Source of the DNA: Squalus acanthias
Taxonomy: Eukaryota
DNA: 64,000 nucleotides
Assembly (NCBI GenBank): GCA_030390025.1
Contig: CM059431.1
Span: 152,150,001-152,214,000 of the forward strand
Direction of reading: 5' to 3'
Below are positions 1-11,736 of the stretch, one piece after another. Below the pieces are notes generated by a model. The model saw only the letters and a list, made by a program, of their open reading frames with translations, searched no databases and had not been told where the DNA came from. A program made the position numbers and the translations under genes. The stretch's first letter is position 1; each line of letters begins with the position of its first letter.

Positions 1-592
1 AAGTTATGCTGGAGATGTACAAAACGCTAGTTAGGCCATAGCTGGAATATTGTGTGCAGTTCTGGTCGCCACACTATTGCAAGGATGTGATTGTATTGGG
101 GAGGGTGCAGAGGAGATTCACCAGGATGTTACCTGGGCTGCAGCGCTTCAGCTATGAAGAGAGACTGGACAGGCTGGGGTTGTTTTCCTTAGAGAAGAGA
201 AGGCTGAGGGGGGACCTGATTGAGATGTACAAAATTATGAGGGGCATAGATAGGGTAGATAGAAAGGAACCATTCCCCTTAGTAGAGGGGTCAATAAACA
301 GGGGGCGTAGTTTCAGGTTAAGGGGCAGGAGGTTTAGAGGGGATTTGAGGAAAAACTTTTTCACCCAGAGGCTGGTTGGAATCTGGAATTCACTGCCTGA
401 AAGGGTGGTAGAGACAGGAACCCTCACAACTTTGAAGAAGCATTTAGATGAGCACTTGCCAAAGCATACAAGGCTACGGACCAAGTGCTGGAAAATGGGA
501 TTAAAATAGACCCGGCTTGATGGCCGGAGCGGACACGATGGGCCGAAGGGCCTCTTTCTGTGCTGTATAACTCTATGACTCTATGACTCTAT
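1..592 (+). mobile_element. CR1 LINE 3' end
   Basis: ORF2 C-terminus (QFWSPH...RRLRGDLIE...NFFTQR..WNSLP) and a (CTCTATGA)n tail. Confidence 0.92.
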
Positions 593-945
593 TTGGTCCC
601 CTCATCCAAATCATAGATATAGATTGTGAATAGCTGAGGCCCAATCACAGGTCCTTGCGGTACCCCACTGGTTACAGCCTGCCTACCCGAAAAAGACACG
701 TTTATTCCTACTCTCTGTTTTCTGTCGTTAAACAATCCTCAATCCATGCTAGTTTATTACCCCGAATCCCTTGCGCCCTAATTTTGTTTAACATCCTCTT
801 CTGTGGCACCTCATCGAATGCCTTCTGAAAATTCAAATATACCACATCCACTGGTGCTGCCTTATCTATTCTGCTAGTTACAATTTCAAAACATTCTAAC
901 AGACTCGTGAAACACGATTTCCCTTTCGCAAATCCGTGTTCCCTA
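593..945 (-). mobile_element. CR1 RT fragment (paralogs 34262-35290, 55450-56470)
   Basis: HGFAKGKSC...VDVVYLNFQKAFD RT motifs. Confidence 0.85.
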
Positions 946-999
946 ATACTGATGTCGCGTATTAATCTATCGAACTTCAAGAACAGATCAGAAATGCCA

Positions 1000-1054
1000 G
1001 CCCGATAAGCTCAGTCGGAGATCATCAGACTTTTAACCTGAGGATCGAGGGTTC
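1000..1054 (+). pseudogene. tRNA-Lys(UUU) pseudogene, 3'-truncated in the T-loop (paralogs 35342-35397, 56535-56590)
   Basis: GCCCGATAAGCTCAGTCGGAGATCATCAGACTTTTAACCTGAGGATCGAGGGTTC matches the vertebrate tRNA-Lys-TTT sequence. Confidence 0.8.
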
Positions 1055-1175
1055 TTTCCTGCTGTCTCAAACAAACTCATTATTAGGAGTTAAACGTTTG
1101 CCACAGCACCTGATTTTTTCCAAATATAATGCGGCTGAATGAAAGATGGGATTGAGCATTTTGATTTAAAAGCAG

Positions 1176-1227
1176 CGCCTGTATAGAAACTTGAACTGTG
1201 AACCCTCAGATTAAAACTCTTACGCTC
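1176..1227 (-). pseudogene. tRNA-Lys(UUU) pseudogene on the opposite strand (paralogs 35517-35568, 56711-56745)
   Basis: Reverse complement GAGCGTAAGAGTTTTAATCTGAGGGTTCACAGTTCAAGTTTCTATACAGGCG, followed by a ctgcTTTT trailer. Confidence 0.72.
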
Positions 1228-1718
1228 CTGTCCCTGTTTAATATTGCTCACCCAGTTCCCAATGGAACGACTCGCTTTACCTGCTGACATTGAACATGAC
1301 TTCTGTGGCATCCTGCATTTCCTACTTTTTTATACGTTCATGGGCTTTAGGTGTCGCTGGCATGCTGACACGAACGATTTGCTAATGGCCCTACTGCTTT
1401 CATGTTGCGCCCATCTTAGCAGTTTCCTCAGCTTGTCCGTATTGCCTGATCAATAATCATATTACAAGATCCCTTCCTAATAATAATATCTGTCTATTAA
1501 TAAATAGAATATCGTACATATATGTGCACTTCCTGTCTACAAATCCTCAATATACCCTTTCAAGTTTCTTTCACTCTTTTGTGTCGAATATTTCGCCCAT
1601 TATAAAATGTCTTGCCCACATTTAGGACTGAAACGGTCCCTGTAAACCGGTCACGCTGTAATTACGCTCGGTCACCAGTGGTGACGCTGTAGAGTCTCCA
1701 TTATGCATCTTCCATCGC

Positions 1719-1860
1719 AGTCAGAAGTGCTAAACCCCAATGCAGGACTTCATCAGAAATATGGGCTGAGACTTCAGTGTAGGACTGAGAGAGTGCAGCA
1801 TTGTTAGAAACAACGTGCGTTAAATGAAATTTTAAAAGCGGGACCTATCTGACCTTTGAC
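1719..1860 (+). mobile_element. Degenerate Deu-domain-type SINE fragment (paralogs ~27445-27590, 36060-36200, 56924-57065)
   Basis: ggctgacacttcagtgcaggactgagagagtgcagcattg resembles the AmnSINE1/SacSINE1-type core, recalled from memory rather than aligned. Confidence 0.5.
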
Positions 1861-1920
1861 AGTGTCTGTGTTGGAGAAATCTGAGCCGTTGAAAGGTGTT
1901 GCACAGAGTTGAATGCATGA

Positions 1921-1994
1921 ACACACATAGCTCAGTCGGAAAATTATGAGACTTTTCATCTGATGGATCCAGGTTTCAAGTCCTTGTACAGGTG
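1921..1994 (+). pseudogene. tRNA-Lys(UUU) pseudogene (paralogs ~27649-27722, 36262-36335, 57127-57200)
   Basis: ATAGCTCAGTCGG...AGACTTTT(a/c)ATCTGA...TCCAGG(g/t)TTCAAGTCCTTGT.CAGGTG, then a ctgcTTTT Pol III terminator-like run. The acceptor stem is degraded. Confidence 0.78.
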
Positions 1995-2119
1995 CTGCTT
2001 TTGAACAGGGCCCCGTTCTATTGGGTCAGGAGACCAGCGCCTGCAACCCTCATGCCAAGATTACAGAGTATTACAGATAACCACCATTATAAAACTCTTC
2101 ATTGTTTCTACACTAAATT

Positions 2120-2669
2120 TAAGATGAACATGCATAAAACACTGAGTCGGCCTCAACTGGAGTATTGTGTCCAATTTTGGCCTCCGGACTTTAAGAAGGA
2201 TGTTAAAGCTTTGCGAAAGTTCAACAAAGATTGACAAGTATGGTTCCAGGGATAAGCGACTTCAGTTACGCGGATAGACTGGAGATGCTGGGGTTGTTCT
2301 CTTTACAGCAGAGAAGGTTGAGAGGAGATTCGATAGACGTTTTCAAAATCATGAGAGGTATAGACAGAGTTGATAGAAAGAAACTGTTCGCATTGGCAGA
2401 ATGGTCCAGAACCAGAAGGTGCAGATTTCAGCTGATTGGCAGAAGAATTGAAGACGACATGAGGAAAATCCTTTATTAGCACTGCGTTTGGTTAGGATCT
2501 GGAATGCACTGCCTGAGAGTGGTGGAGGCAGATTGAATCGTGGCTTTCTAAACGGAATTGAATTAGTACATGAAGGAAAACTATGTAGGGCTATGGGGAA
2601 AGGGCGGAGGAGTGGGACTAGCTGAAGTGATGTTGCACGGAGCCGGCACGGGCCTCCTTCTGTGCTGTA
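2120..2669 (+). mobile_element. CR1 3' fragment shared by all four units
   Basis: RPQLEYCVQFW...RRLRGD...WNALP. Also at ~27870, ~36480 and ~57350. Confidence 0.85.
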
Positions 2670-3372
2670 ATGAGCCTCCGAACACATATCCGCAGCATAA
2701 CAATGACCACCTATTTCAACATCCGTGAAATCGCTCGTCTCTCATCTGCTGCTAAACACTCATCCATGCCTTTGTTACATCTAGACTTGATTATTCCAAC
2801 ACGCTCCTGGCTGGCCTCCCACATTCTACCCTACATAAACTTGAGGTCATACAAAACTCTGCTGCCCGTGTCCTAACTCGCACCAAGTCCCGTTCCCACC
2901 TCACTCCTGTGCTCACTGACCTACACTGGCTCCCGGTTAAGCATGGCCTCATTTTCAAAATTCTCATCCTTGTTTTCAAATCCCACAATGGCCTCGCCCT
3001 TCCTATCTCTGTAATCTCGTTCAGCCCCACAACCCGATAAGATATCTGCCCTCCAATAATTCTGCCCACTTGAGCATCGCAGATTATAATCGCTCAATCA
3101 TTGGTGGCCGTACCTTCTGTTGCCTTGGCCATAAGCTCTGAAATGCCCTACCTAAACTTCTCTGCCTCGCTACCTCACTTTTCTTCTTTAAGACCATCCT
3201 TAAAACCTTTCTATTTGACCGAGCTTTTGGTCACCTGCCCTAACTGCTCCTCATGTGGCTCGGTGTCAATTTGTTTGTCTCATTATACTCCTGTGCAGCG
3301 CCTTCGGACATTTTACTACGTTAAAGGCGCTATATAAATACAAGTTGTTGTTGTTGTTGTTGTTGTTGTTGT
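2670..3372 (+). mobile_element. L2-clade LINE 3' end (paralogs 28425-29122, 37034-37745, 57909-58625)
   Basis: Frameshifted HIRSIT.TAYF..RNIAR...IHAFVTSRLDYSN.LLAGLP and LHWLPV, with tail ggcgctatataaatacaa(GTT)n. Confidence 0.85.
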
Positions 3373-3479
3373 AACCATTCCATGATTCTGTGATAAAGGA
3401 AACTTTATCGGTTATTTAAGCTGGGGCGTCTCATTCCAGTACCTGCAGTGAAAGGCAGTTCACATTGACGCCCACATGT

Positions 3480-5870
3480 TCTACTTTGACCAGTATGTTC
3501 TTGGCTCAACTCGGACGGAGGCATTGCTCGATCTGGTGCTGGGGGATTAGATGGGTCAGATCGACCAAGTGTCTTTTGGAGAACATTTGGACACGAGTGA
3601 TCATCGTATCATAAGATTTAGATCAGCAATGGAGAAGAGCAAGTGACAATCTAGTGTGGAACTCCTAAACTGGAATAGGGCTCATTTCAATGGGATGCGA
3701 AATTATCTAGACAGGGTTATATGGAGCGAAAGACTTACAGGATAAAAACTTTATCAGAATAATAGGTGATCTTTAATGAGGATATATTCCAAGTACAGGC
3801 TAGATACATTCCAACAAGAGCAAAGGGTAAGGGAAACAAAGCAACGGCTCCTTGGATGACGAGGGAGATAGAGAAGATGGTGAAACATAAAAAGGGGGTG
3901 TATATTGCATGTCAGGTGAATTCATCAAGGGAGAATCAGACGAAAAACAATAAGTTAAGATGGGAAGTGAAGATGAAAATAAGATTGACAAAGAGAGAAT
4001 ACAAGAGTAGAATGGCGGTTAACATAAAAGTGAACCCTAAAATCTTCTCCCGGGATATAAACAGTAAGTGGGTAGTAAGAGGCGTGTTTGGGCATATAAG
4101 GGACAAAGAATGTGATATATTCTTAGAAGCGCAGGACAAGGGTATAAATACTCAATGAATACCTGGTATCGGTGTTTACTAAGGAGGTGGATGCTGACAA
4201 AAAATTGGCGGAAGTGGAAAAGGTAGAAGCAATGGAAGGGGTGAAAATTGATAGACAGGTGCTCCTAGAAAAGCTGGGTACGCTGATAGTGGATAACTCG
4301 CCTTTCACAGATGGTTTGCATTCCAGCTTGCTGAGTGAATTGGGGGAGGAGATAGCGAAAGGGCTTGGCAAAATTGTCCAATCTTTCCTAGATGCGGGGG
4401 AGGTGCCTGAGGATTGGAAGGTGACAAATATGACACCATTGTTCAAGAAAGTTTGCAAGGAAAATCCTAGTAACTACAGGCTTGGCAGTTTAACATTAGT
4501 GCTGGGTAAAGTTTTCGAAACAATAATCAAGGGAAAAGTTAACGTGCACTTGCAGAGGTGTAAGCTAATTAAGGAGAGCGAACACGGATTTGTAAAAGGC
4601 CGATCGCGTTTGTCTTATCTAATTGAATTTTTTGATGAAGTAACATGGAGTATTGATGAAGGGAATGCAATGGAAGTTGACTACATGGATTTTCGGAAGG
4701 CGTTTCACAAAGTACCACATATGAGTTTGGTGAACAAAATTGAGCCCTCTGGAATAGCTGGGTCAGTCGTAGCTTGGATAAGGAATTGGCTTAACGATAG
4801 AAAACTGCGAGTTGTGGTAGAAGGCTATTTTCAGATTGGAGGATGGTAGTCAGTGGAGTTGCCCAAGGGTCAGTGCTCGGGCCACTGTTTTTTTTTTACA
4901 TATATAATTAACTTGGATATTGAAATACAGAGTATAGTTTCTAAATTTGCCAATGACAACAAACTTGGGGGTGTGACAATCTGTGAGGATGATACCAATC
5001 GACTGCAGCACTACATAGTTTTGCTTGCAGAATGGGCAGACAAATGGCAGATGGAATTAAATACAGAGATGTGTGAGGTGATGCATTTTGGCAGCAGGAA
5101 CAGGGAGACGCAATATATACTAAATGTCACATTTCTGAAGAGTGTGCAGGGGCAGAGGGACCTGGGAATTTATGTGCATCGGTCCCTGAAGGTGGCAGGA
5201 CATAATGAGAAAGTGGTTAGCAAAGCATAAGGGTACTTGGGCTTCATAAATAGAGGTATTGAGTACCAAAGTAGAGAAGTTATGCTGAAATTTATAAAGC
5301 GCTGCTTGGGCCACAACTGGAGTATTGCGACCAGTTCTGCTCACCACAATTTAGGTAGGATGTGAAGTCCCTTGTGAGGTTGCAGAGGAGTTTTACCGGA
5401 ATGGTACCGGGCATGGGGATCTTAGCTACTAGGAAAGGCTGGAGAAGCTGGATTTGTGTTCATTAGAGCAAAGGAGGTTGAGGGGTGATTTGATAGAGGT
5501 TTACAAGATTATGAGGGGCTTGGATAGGCTAGACGTGGAAAGGCTGTTCCCACTAGTTAATGGTACATGGAATAGGTGACACAGATTTCAGGTTTTGTGC
5601 AAGAGATACAGTGGGGAATGTGAGGAAAAATATTTTACACAGCGAGTGATGATGACCTGGAATTCGCTGACGACGTAAGTGGTGGAAGCGGAGACACTCA
5701 ATATTTTCAAGGGCAGGCTGGATAGGCACTTGAGGGAAATAAACTTGCTGGGCTACGGGGATAGAGCAGGGGATTTGGGACTGACTGGTTTGCTCTACAG
5801 AGAGCCAGCACATACTCGATGTGCCGAATGGCCTGCTTCTTCTACGTTATGACTCTGTGATTATGACTCC
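3480..5870 (+). mobile_element. 5'-truncated CR1 ORF2 fossil, tail-to-tail with the GPCR (paralogs 29230-31210, 37850-40220, 58730-61110)
   Basis: Fragmented EN/RT frames (KFADDTKLGG-like, AFDKVPH) and a tatgactct tail. Same junctions in all units. Confidence 0.9.
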
Positions 5871-6003
5871 ACTGCTCACGCTCAATCATGACTGTTTTCG
5901 AAACAATAATCTCGTTTACATCAAAACTGAAGGAAGGCCATTCTAAAACGGAACACGATCTGCAGTTAAGCTCTGGTTAGGATAGAAAGCTCGGGTTTGT
6001 ACT

Positions 6004-6905
6004 TCATATTTTATTAACCAAGTTCCGAATCAATGTCCAGGGTGATTGCACCATCTTCACCAGCTCTTTCCTGAATTTGGTTTGGGTCGCTGCATAAATG
6101 CACGTGTTTGTACAGGAGCTCAAATACATGAGCATAAATCCGGTTGCAGAGGCGATGTAAGCAGGAGATGTATAGTCGGGTCGAACGAACGTGACAAGGG
6201 AGTTAATTAAATAACTAACGCAAGTTGTCAGCCACAACAATATAAAACTGCCCGATACACTGAACAGTAAAATGATGGATTTCCTCCGGCTCTCCATCTC
6301 TGGATCGCTCTGATTCTCACTGCAGTGACCCCGGAGTCTCCTGCGGGCTCTACTGGCAGCTAGAATACGCCTGACTGTCAAACCATTAAACAGAAATATC
6401 AAAGCGAAGGGAAGCCCTGGACATACAACAGTTTCGAACCAGGCGAATGCTATACCTATAGGCGAGGTGAAAAATTCAATTTTCAAGCGGCAACCCCAGT
6501 GAATATTGTTAATGATTCGTTCAGTTTCAGATGCAAAAGCAAAGGGGATATTGTCCAACCAGAGCAGAACAGAGACCGTTGTTATGACGGCGGCCGCAGT
6601 TCTCACTGTGCAATATTTCGTTTTAAACTTCTCACAACTTATCGCGACATAGCGGTCAAATGTGAAGGTGACGGTAAACCACACGGACATATCGAGGGCA
6701 ACAGTATTCAAGTATATAAGCAACCTACAGACGGCAGTGTAGCCGAGGAATGAATGTGGAAAGTGATATGTAAAAACGCGATGCAGCAGCACATTGTTCA
6801 TCATGACCAGTAGATCTGCTGTTGCCATGGCCACCATGTAGACCGAGATACCTTTGGAAAGACCGCATTTTCCACCGGAGAGAATCACAATTGTCATTAC
6901 GTTCG
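6004..6905 (-). CDS. GPR139-like class A GPCR copy A, exon 2; spliced product 323 aa, apparently intact
   Basis: Acceptor ccctctttcttacag|CG at 6906/6905. Contains TM2 MATADLL, TM3 FTFDRYVAI, ECL2 Cys (HWGC), TM5 LPFALIFLFN and TM7 SSCTNTCIY. 902+70 = 972 nt; intron 6906-8553. Confidence 0.9.
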
Positions 6906-7234
6906 CTGTAAGAAAGAGGGACAAGCGGTCAGTAACGGGCACTCTCGGATAAATCTCACACCATATTGTGGGGAAATGTTCAGATGTGTCCATGTGCAGG
7001 CGGATTTTTAATTATATATCCGAGCGTTAACGAAGAGGTATTTCTTTTTAAAAAATCGAACACTCAATATAGAGTAACAGAAAATCCGCCATTCTTCCAC
7101 TCATACTTCAGACAGACATCGCCAAATTTAAATCTCACAGTAACTGCTGCAAAGATATGAATGTAAACGACACTTTCAGTTGAGAGAACATCATTCAATT
7201 TAGATCGAAACTTTGCGCTTTTTCTCTGCACAGT

Positions 7235-8020
7235 GCTAATAAATGGCAGGTAACATTAGCGCCACAGAAGTGCCAGGAAATGATTATCTTCAACAAGCGA
7301 GAGTACAACCACCTCTCTTTGACATTCAATGACATTGCCATGGCAAAATCCCCCACCATCAGCATCCTGAAGGTTAACATTGAACAGAAACTTAACTGGA
7401 CCAGCCACATATGTACTGTGGGAAAAAGTGCAGGTCCACGGCTAGGTATTCTGTGGCGAGTGTCTCACCTGAGGTCTCCAAAAGACATTCTACCATCTAC
7501 AAGGCACAAGTAAGGAGTGTGAAGGAATACTCTCCACTTGCCTGGATGACTGCAACTTCAACAACACTCAAGAAGCTCGACACTATCCAAGACAAAGCAG
7601 CCCACTTGATTGCAACCGCATCCACCACCTTTAAGATTCACTCCCTCCACCACCGGCGTACCGTGGCTGCAGTGTGTACCATCTACAAGATGCACTGCAG
7701 CAATTCGCCAAGGCTTATTCGGCAGCACCTCCCAAAACCGCGAAATCTTCCACGTAGAAGGACAAGGGCAGCAGGCGCATGGGGACAGCACCAAGTTTCC
7801 CTCCAAGTCACACATCAGCCTGACTTAGAAGAATATCGCCTATCTGTTATCCTCGCTGGATCAAAATGCTGGAACTCCCTACCTAACATCACAGTGGGAG
7901 TAACTTCACCACACGGAATGGAGCGGTTCAAGAAGGCAGCTCACCACCAGAGTATCAAGGGCAATTAGGGATCAACTTGCCTGCGAAGCCCACATCCAAA
8001 AAACGAATACAAAAAAAACC
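7235..8020 (+). mobile_element. 3' part of a second LINE family (CR1-group, Zenon-like) in the copy A intron; orthologous insertion 42130-44780 in copy C
   Basis: IYKAQVRSV.EYSPLAW...LDTIQDKAA.LI, with tail ggcaattaggga...cccacatcc...gaat(A)n. Confidence 0.8.
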
Positions 8021-8553
8021 CTGGGAAGGTGTTTCGCGGGGGAGGGGTTGGGGGTGGGGGCGGGGTTGCTGCATTTGCTCGGTAACAGAGCGGAAGCTGG
8101 AGGAGACGCGAAGGTTCTTTGCAGCCATGGGGAGGAGAGCAGCAACCTGAGAGGCAATTATGGCTCCAAATCTCTTTCAACGTCCCCTGTTGGGTGTAGG
8201 TGGCTGCAGGCTGAATAATGATCAACGTAAAATAAACAGGCTACAAGTGTACAACTGTCGCGATTAACATCCACACGAAGGAACACATCCTGTAGTGATT
8301 TCTGTACTATTGGTGGAGCCGTGGAATGTCAGCTTCAACCTCGCTGAGTACAGGGAGGAAAGGCGTGCGCCCGGCACCCACGATCTACCGACCAGCCTCA
8401 CCAGCCGCGCGGACTGGTTGGATTTCCACTGATATCCACCAACTTATCCCGATGGATAAGTGACTCTGCAATGAGAGCCTTCTCCGAATCATTACATAAT
8501 CATTAACACTGAGATAGTCAACAGCCATTAGACAACAGGATAAACTGACTTAC

Positions 8554-8623
8554 CGGGAATGCCAAAGGCTGCGAGAGCAGGGTCGAAAAAGATGCGGCCC
8601 ATTTGAATTGTTGGCAGTGCCAT
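8554..8623 (-). CDS. GPR139-like GPCR copy A, coding exon 1 (MALPTIQMGRIFFDPALAAFGIP + 1 nt)
   Basis: ATG at 8623-8621, then 70 nt open, ending at donor G|GTAAGT (intron starts 8553). Phase 1 joins exon 2 in frame (G|CG = Ala), giving ...GIP-ANVMTIVILS, like GPR139 TM1 GLPANILTVIILS. Conserved in copy C. Confidence 0.9.
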
Positions 8624-8704
8624 TTTAATTTTAGCAGAACTTGTGACTTCTGTCTGGCTTTATGGTTAGCATCACAGTGTACAAACGATCCATAAACACT
8701 CTCC

Positions 8705-8756
8705 TTTTATAGAATACTCGGAGCCCCGGTGAGAAATTAAGTCACAGGACAATTGG
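8705..8756 (-). promoter_or_regulatory. Putative core promoter of copy A: TATAAAA and CCAAT
   Basis: Minus-strand TATAAAA at 8711-8705 (about 80 nt upstream of the ATG) and CCAAT at 8756-8752. Both are conserved in copy C. Confidence 0.6.
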
Positions 8757-9049
8757 CGTTAGTTACAGTCACTTAACAAACAAGGCATGATTTTCCGCGT
8801 CAGTGTGCCTGGGACAACAAAGGGGACCTTTTACAACTTATTTCATGAAACTCCATCAATTCAAATGAATAAACGGGAACTCATAGCAGATGGAATGTAC
8901 TGTGCAGAAGCACTGTGATCCCCGAAGGGAAGTTCCCACACTGGCACTGCGTTAGATTACTGGTGCCTCGTAATAATTCGTGAAATCTTAACTCATCCAT
9001 TAGATCGTTAAATTTAGCTTTGCACCATGATGAAAAATGGTGGAGATTC

Positions 9050-10235
9050 TCTAACCTTACTTGTGATGACCCTAATCTAACATTACTGGTGGTGAACCTA
9101 CAATAACATTACTATTGGTGACCCTACTCTAACATTACTGGTGGTGACTCTACTCCAACATTACTGGTGGTGACCCTACTCTAACCTTACAGGTGGTGAC
9201 GCTTATCTAATATTAATGGAGAGAGCCCTGCTCTAAAATTCCTGGCGGTGATCCTACTCTAACATTACTGGTGGCGACCCTTCTCTAACCTTACTGGTGG
9301 TGACTCTACTCTAGCATTACTGGTGGTGATCCTACTCTAACATTACTGGTGGCGAACCTACTCTAGCATTACTGGTGGTGACTTTATTCTAAAATTGGCC
9401 CAAAAATTAGTCCCGCGACGCGAGAGTACGCACTGTGTACTCTCGCGTATTCTGTCACCAATTGCCGGTTTTCTGCATGCACTGCGCATGCGCTGAAAAC
9501 CGGCACTTGTTTTTTGGAAAACGGGGCGTTTACTCGGTTCCACGCGTGCGCGCTACAGGCTGCGCGCACGCTGTGCACTTAGTACTTTGGACGCGCAGGT
9601 AAGGTCGGAAGATTTTAGAAATGAAAAAAGGAGGAGTAAGACCCACTTTTAACAAGGTAAGTAGTGAATTAAGTATTATTTTGAATTTTTTTTAACAGGT
9701 ATATCTTTTTTAGAGACTTTAAAGACAGGTAAGTTTATTTTTATAACTTTTTAAAAGATTTTAAATTTTTTCAAAAGTTTAATTTTTTATTTAAAATGGT
9801 TAATTTATTTAACTATACTTATTTTATTAATGTGATGCTTTTTTTAAATTTAATTGAGGTTTAGCTGTTATTTTGGGGGGGTGTAAGAATCATAGCTTTC
9901 ACAGCACGTATGTGAAACTTATGAATGGAAGATGGTGTGCTGCCATTGGCTCTAACTGTGTCACGTGATCCCACAGCTCGCACGCATTCACTACGCCGGT
10001 GGGAAACGCAAGCACTGCCCAGCTGATGTCCAGAACATCAAGTTCGTGCGAGCTGGATCTGAAAAAGCCAACGCGGAGTGAGAGATCGCGGGGAAGCCTT
10101 ACCCCCGCGTCAACACTCAGTCTTTAATTTCTGGGCCATTATTGATGATGACACTACACTGACGTTACTGGTGGTGATCATATTCTAACATTGCTGGTGG
10201 TAACTCTACTCTGACATTGCTGGTGGTGATCATAA
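9050..10235 (+). repeat. 26-bp minisatellite (ACCCTACTCTAACATTACTGGTGGTG)n, unit A, interrupted by a MITE
   Basis: Direct tandem repeats with no spacers. Confidence 0.95.
9397..10137 (+). mobile_element. Non-autonomous DNA transposon (MITE), PIF/Harbinger-like
   Basis: TIR GGCCCAAAAATTA...TAATTTCTGGGCC with 3-bp TSD ATT (9394-96 and 10138-40). No transposase. Confidence 0.75.
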
Positions 10236-11103
10236 CCTTCAGTGCACTATGGCAAGTATATCCTATCTTAGCTAAGGAGAACAAAACTGCACCCAGTACC
10301 AAGGTCCTGTATAACTGTAGTAGTAAGATATCCTTGCTCCTGTGTTAAAATGCTCTTGTAATGAAGGCCGACATACCATGAGCATTCCTAACCGCTTCCT
10401 GCACCTGTATGTTTGCTTTCAGTGACTGGTGTACAAAGACACCCAGGTCCCTTTTAACATCACAATTTCCCAATCTATCACCATTCAAATAATACTCTGC
10501 CTTTCTCTTTTTCCTATCGAAGTGGTTAACTTCACATTTATCCACGTTATACTGCATCTGCCATGTATTTGCCCACTGACTCAACTTGCCTACATCTCCT
10601 TGAAGCCTCTTTGCATCCTCCTCATAACTCACAATCCCACCTAGTTCCTTGTCGTCAGCGAGCTTGAAAATATTGCATTTGGTTCCCTCATCCAAATCAT
10701 TGATATATATTGTGAATAGCTGGGGCACAGGCACTGATATCTGCGGTACCCCACTAGTCACCGCCTGCCACCTCGAAATAGACCCATTTATTCCTACTCT
10801 CTGGTTCCTGTCTGGTAACCCATTGTCAATCCATGCCAGTATATTACCCCCAATCCCATGTGCTTTGATTTTGCACACGAACCTCTTATGTAGGACTTTA
10901 TTAAAGGCCTTCTGAAAATCCAAATTCACTGGTTCTGCCATGTCTATTCTACCATTCACATCCTCAAAAATGTCCAATAGGTTTGTCAAACACGAAATCC
11001 CCTTCATAAATCCATGCTGACTTTGTCTAATCCCGTTGATATTTTCTAAATGTCCTGTTGTCACACCCTTTGTAATAGCCTCTGTGTTCTCCCTACTACT
11101 GAT
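10235..11103 (-). mobile_element. CR1 RT fragment
   Basis: SGVPQ.SV..PQLFTIYINDL...LADD motifs. Confidence 0.88.
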
Positions 11104-11736
11104 GTTAGGACACGCTTGATAATTGATAGGAGACGACTGATAATTGATCATACACGCTTGATAATTCATAGGACAGACTTGATAATTGATAATACTCGCT
11201 TGAATATTGATAGAAGAAGTTTGATAATTGATAATACACGCATGATAATTGATAGGACCTGCTTGATAAGTGAAAATACACGCTTGATAATTGAAAGGAC
11301 ACGCTTTAAAATTGATAGGAGGCGAATGATAATTGATAATACACGCTTGATATTTGATAGGACATGCTTCATAATTGATAATACACGCTTGATAATTGAT
11401 GGAACACGGTTCGTAATTGACTAGATACGCTTGATAATTGATCAGATAAGCTTAATTATTGGTAGGACATGTTTGGTAATTGACAGGAGACGACTGATAA
11501 TCTTTAATACACGCTTGATAACTGATAATACACAATTGATAATTGAAAGGACGCGCTTGATAATTGATAGTACACGCTTGATAATTGATTGGACATGCTT
11601 GATAATCAATAATACAAGCTTGATAATTGATAATACACGCTTAATAATTAAAGGACATGCAGGATAATAGATAATACATGCTTAATAATTAATAGAACAT
11701 GCATGATAAATGTTAAAACGCGCTTGATAATTGATA
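11104..11736 (+). repeat. 21-bp minisatellite (TTGATAATTGATA[AT/GG]ACACGC)n, left part
   Basis: Tandem 21-mers with 7-bp substructure. Confidence 0.95.

Larger units (their letters stand above)
593..11736 (+). repeat. Segmental duplication unit A (its 21-bp array continues at 24758-25232)
   Basis: Same order and junctions of CR1 fragment, tRNA remnants, SINE, L2, CR1, GPCR and minisatellites as units C and D. Confidence 0.9.

Noticed and set aside
1000..1994. Functional tRNA genes
   Set aside because: Every copy has truncations, broken stems or mutated boxes.
6906..6993. N-terminal 29 aa of the 329-aa ORF (and MPVTDRL... starts in copies C and D)
   Set aside because: Intronic: it contains the polypyrimidine tract and AG acceptor, and the starts are non-ATG.
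10190..10230. Chi-like GCTGGTGG in the 26-bp repeat
   Set aside because: The consensus is ACTGGTGG, and Chi is a bacterial RecBCD signal; the match is incidental.
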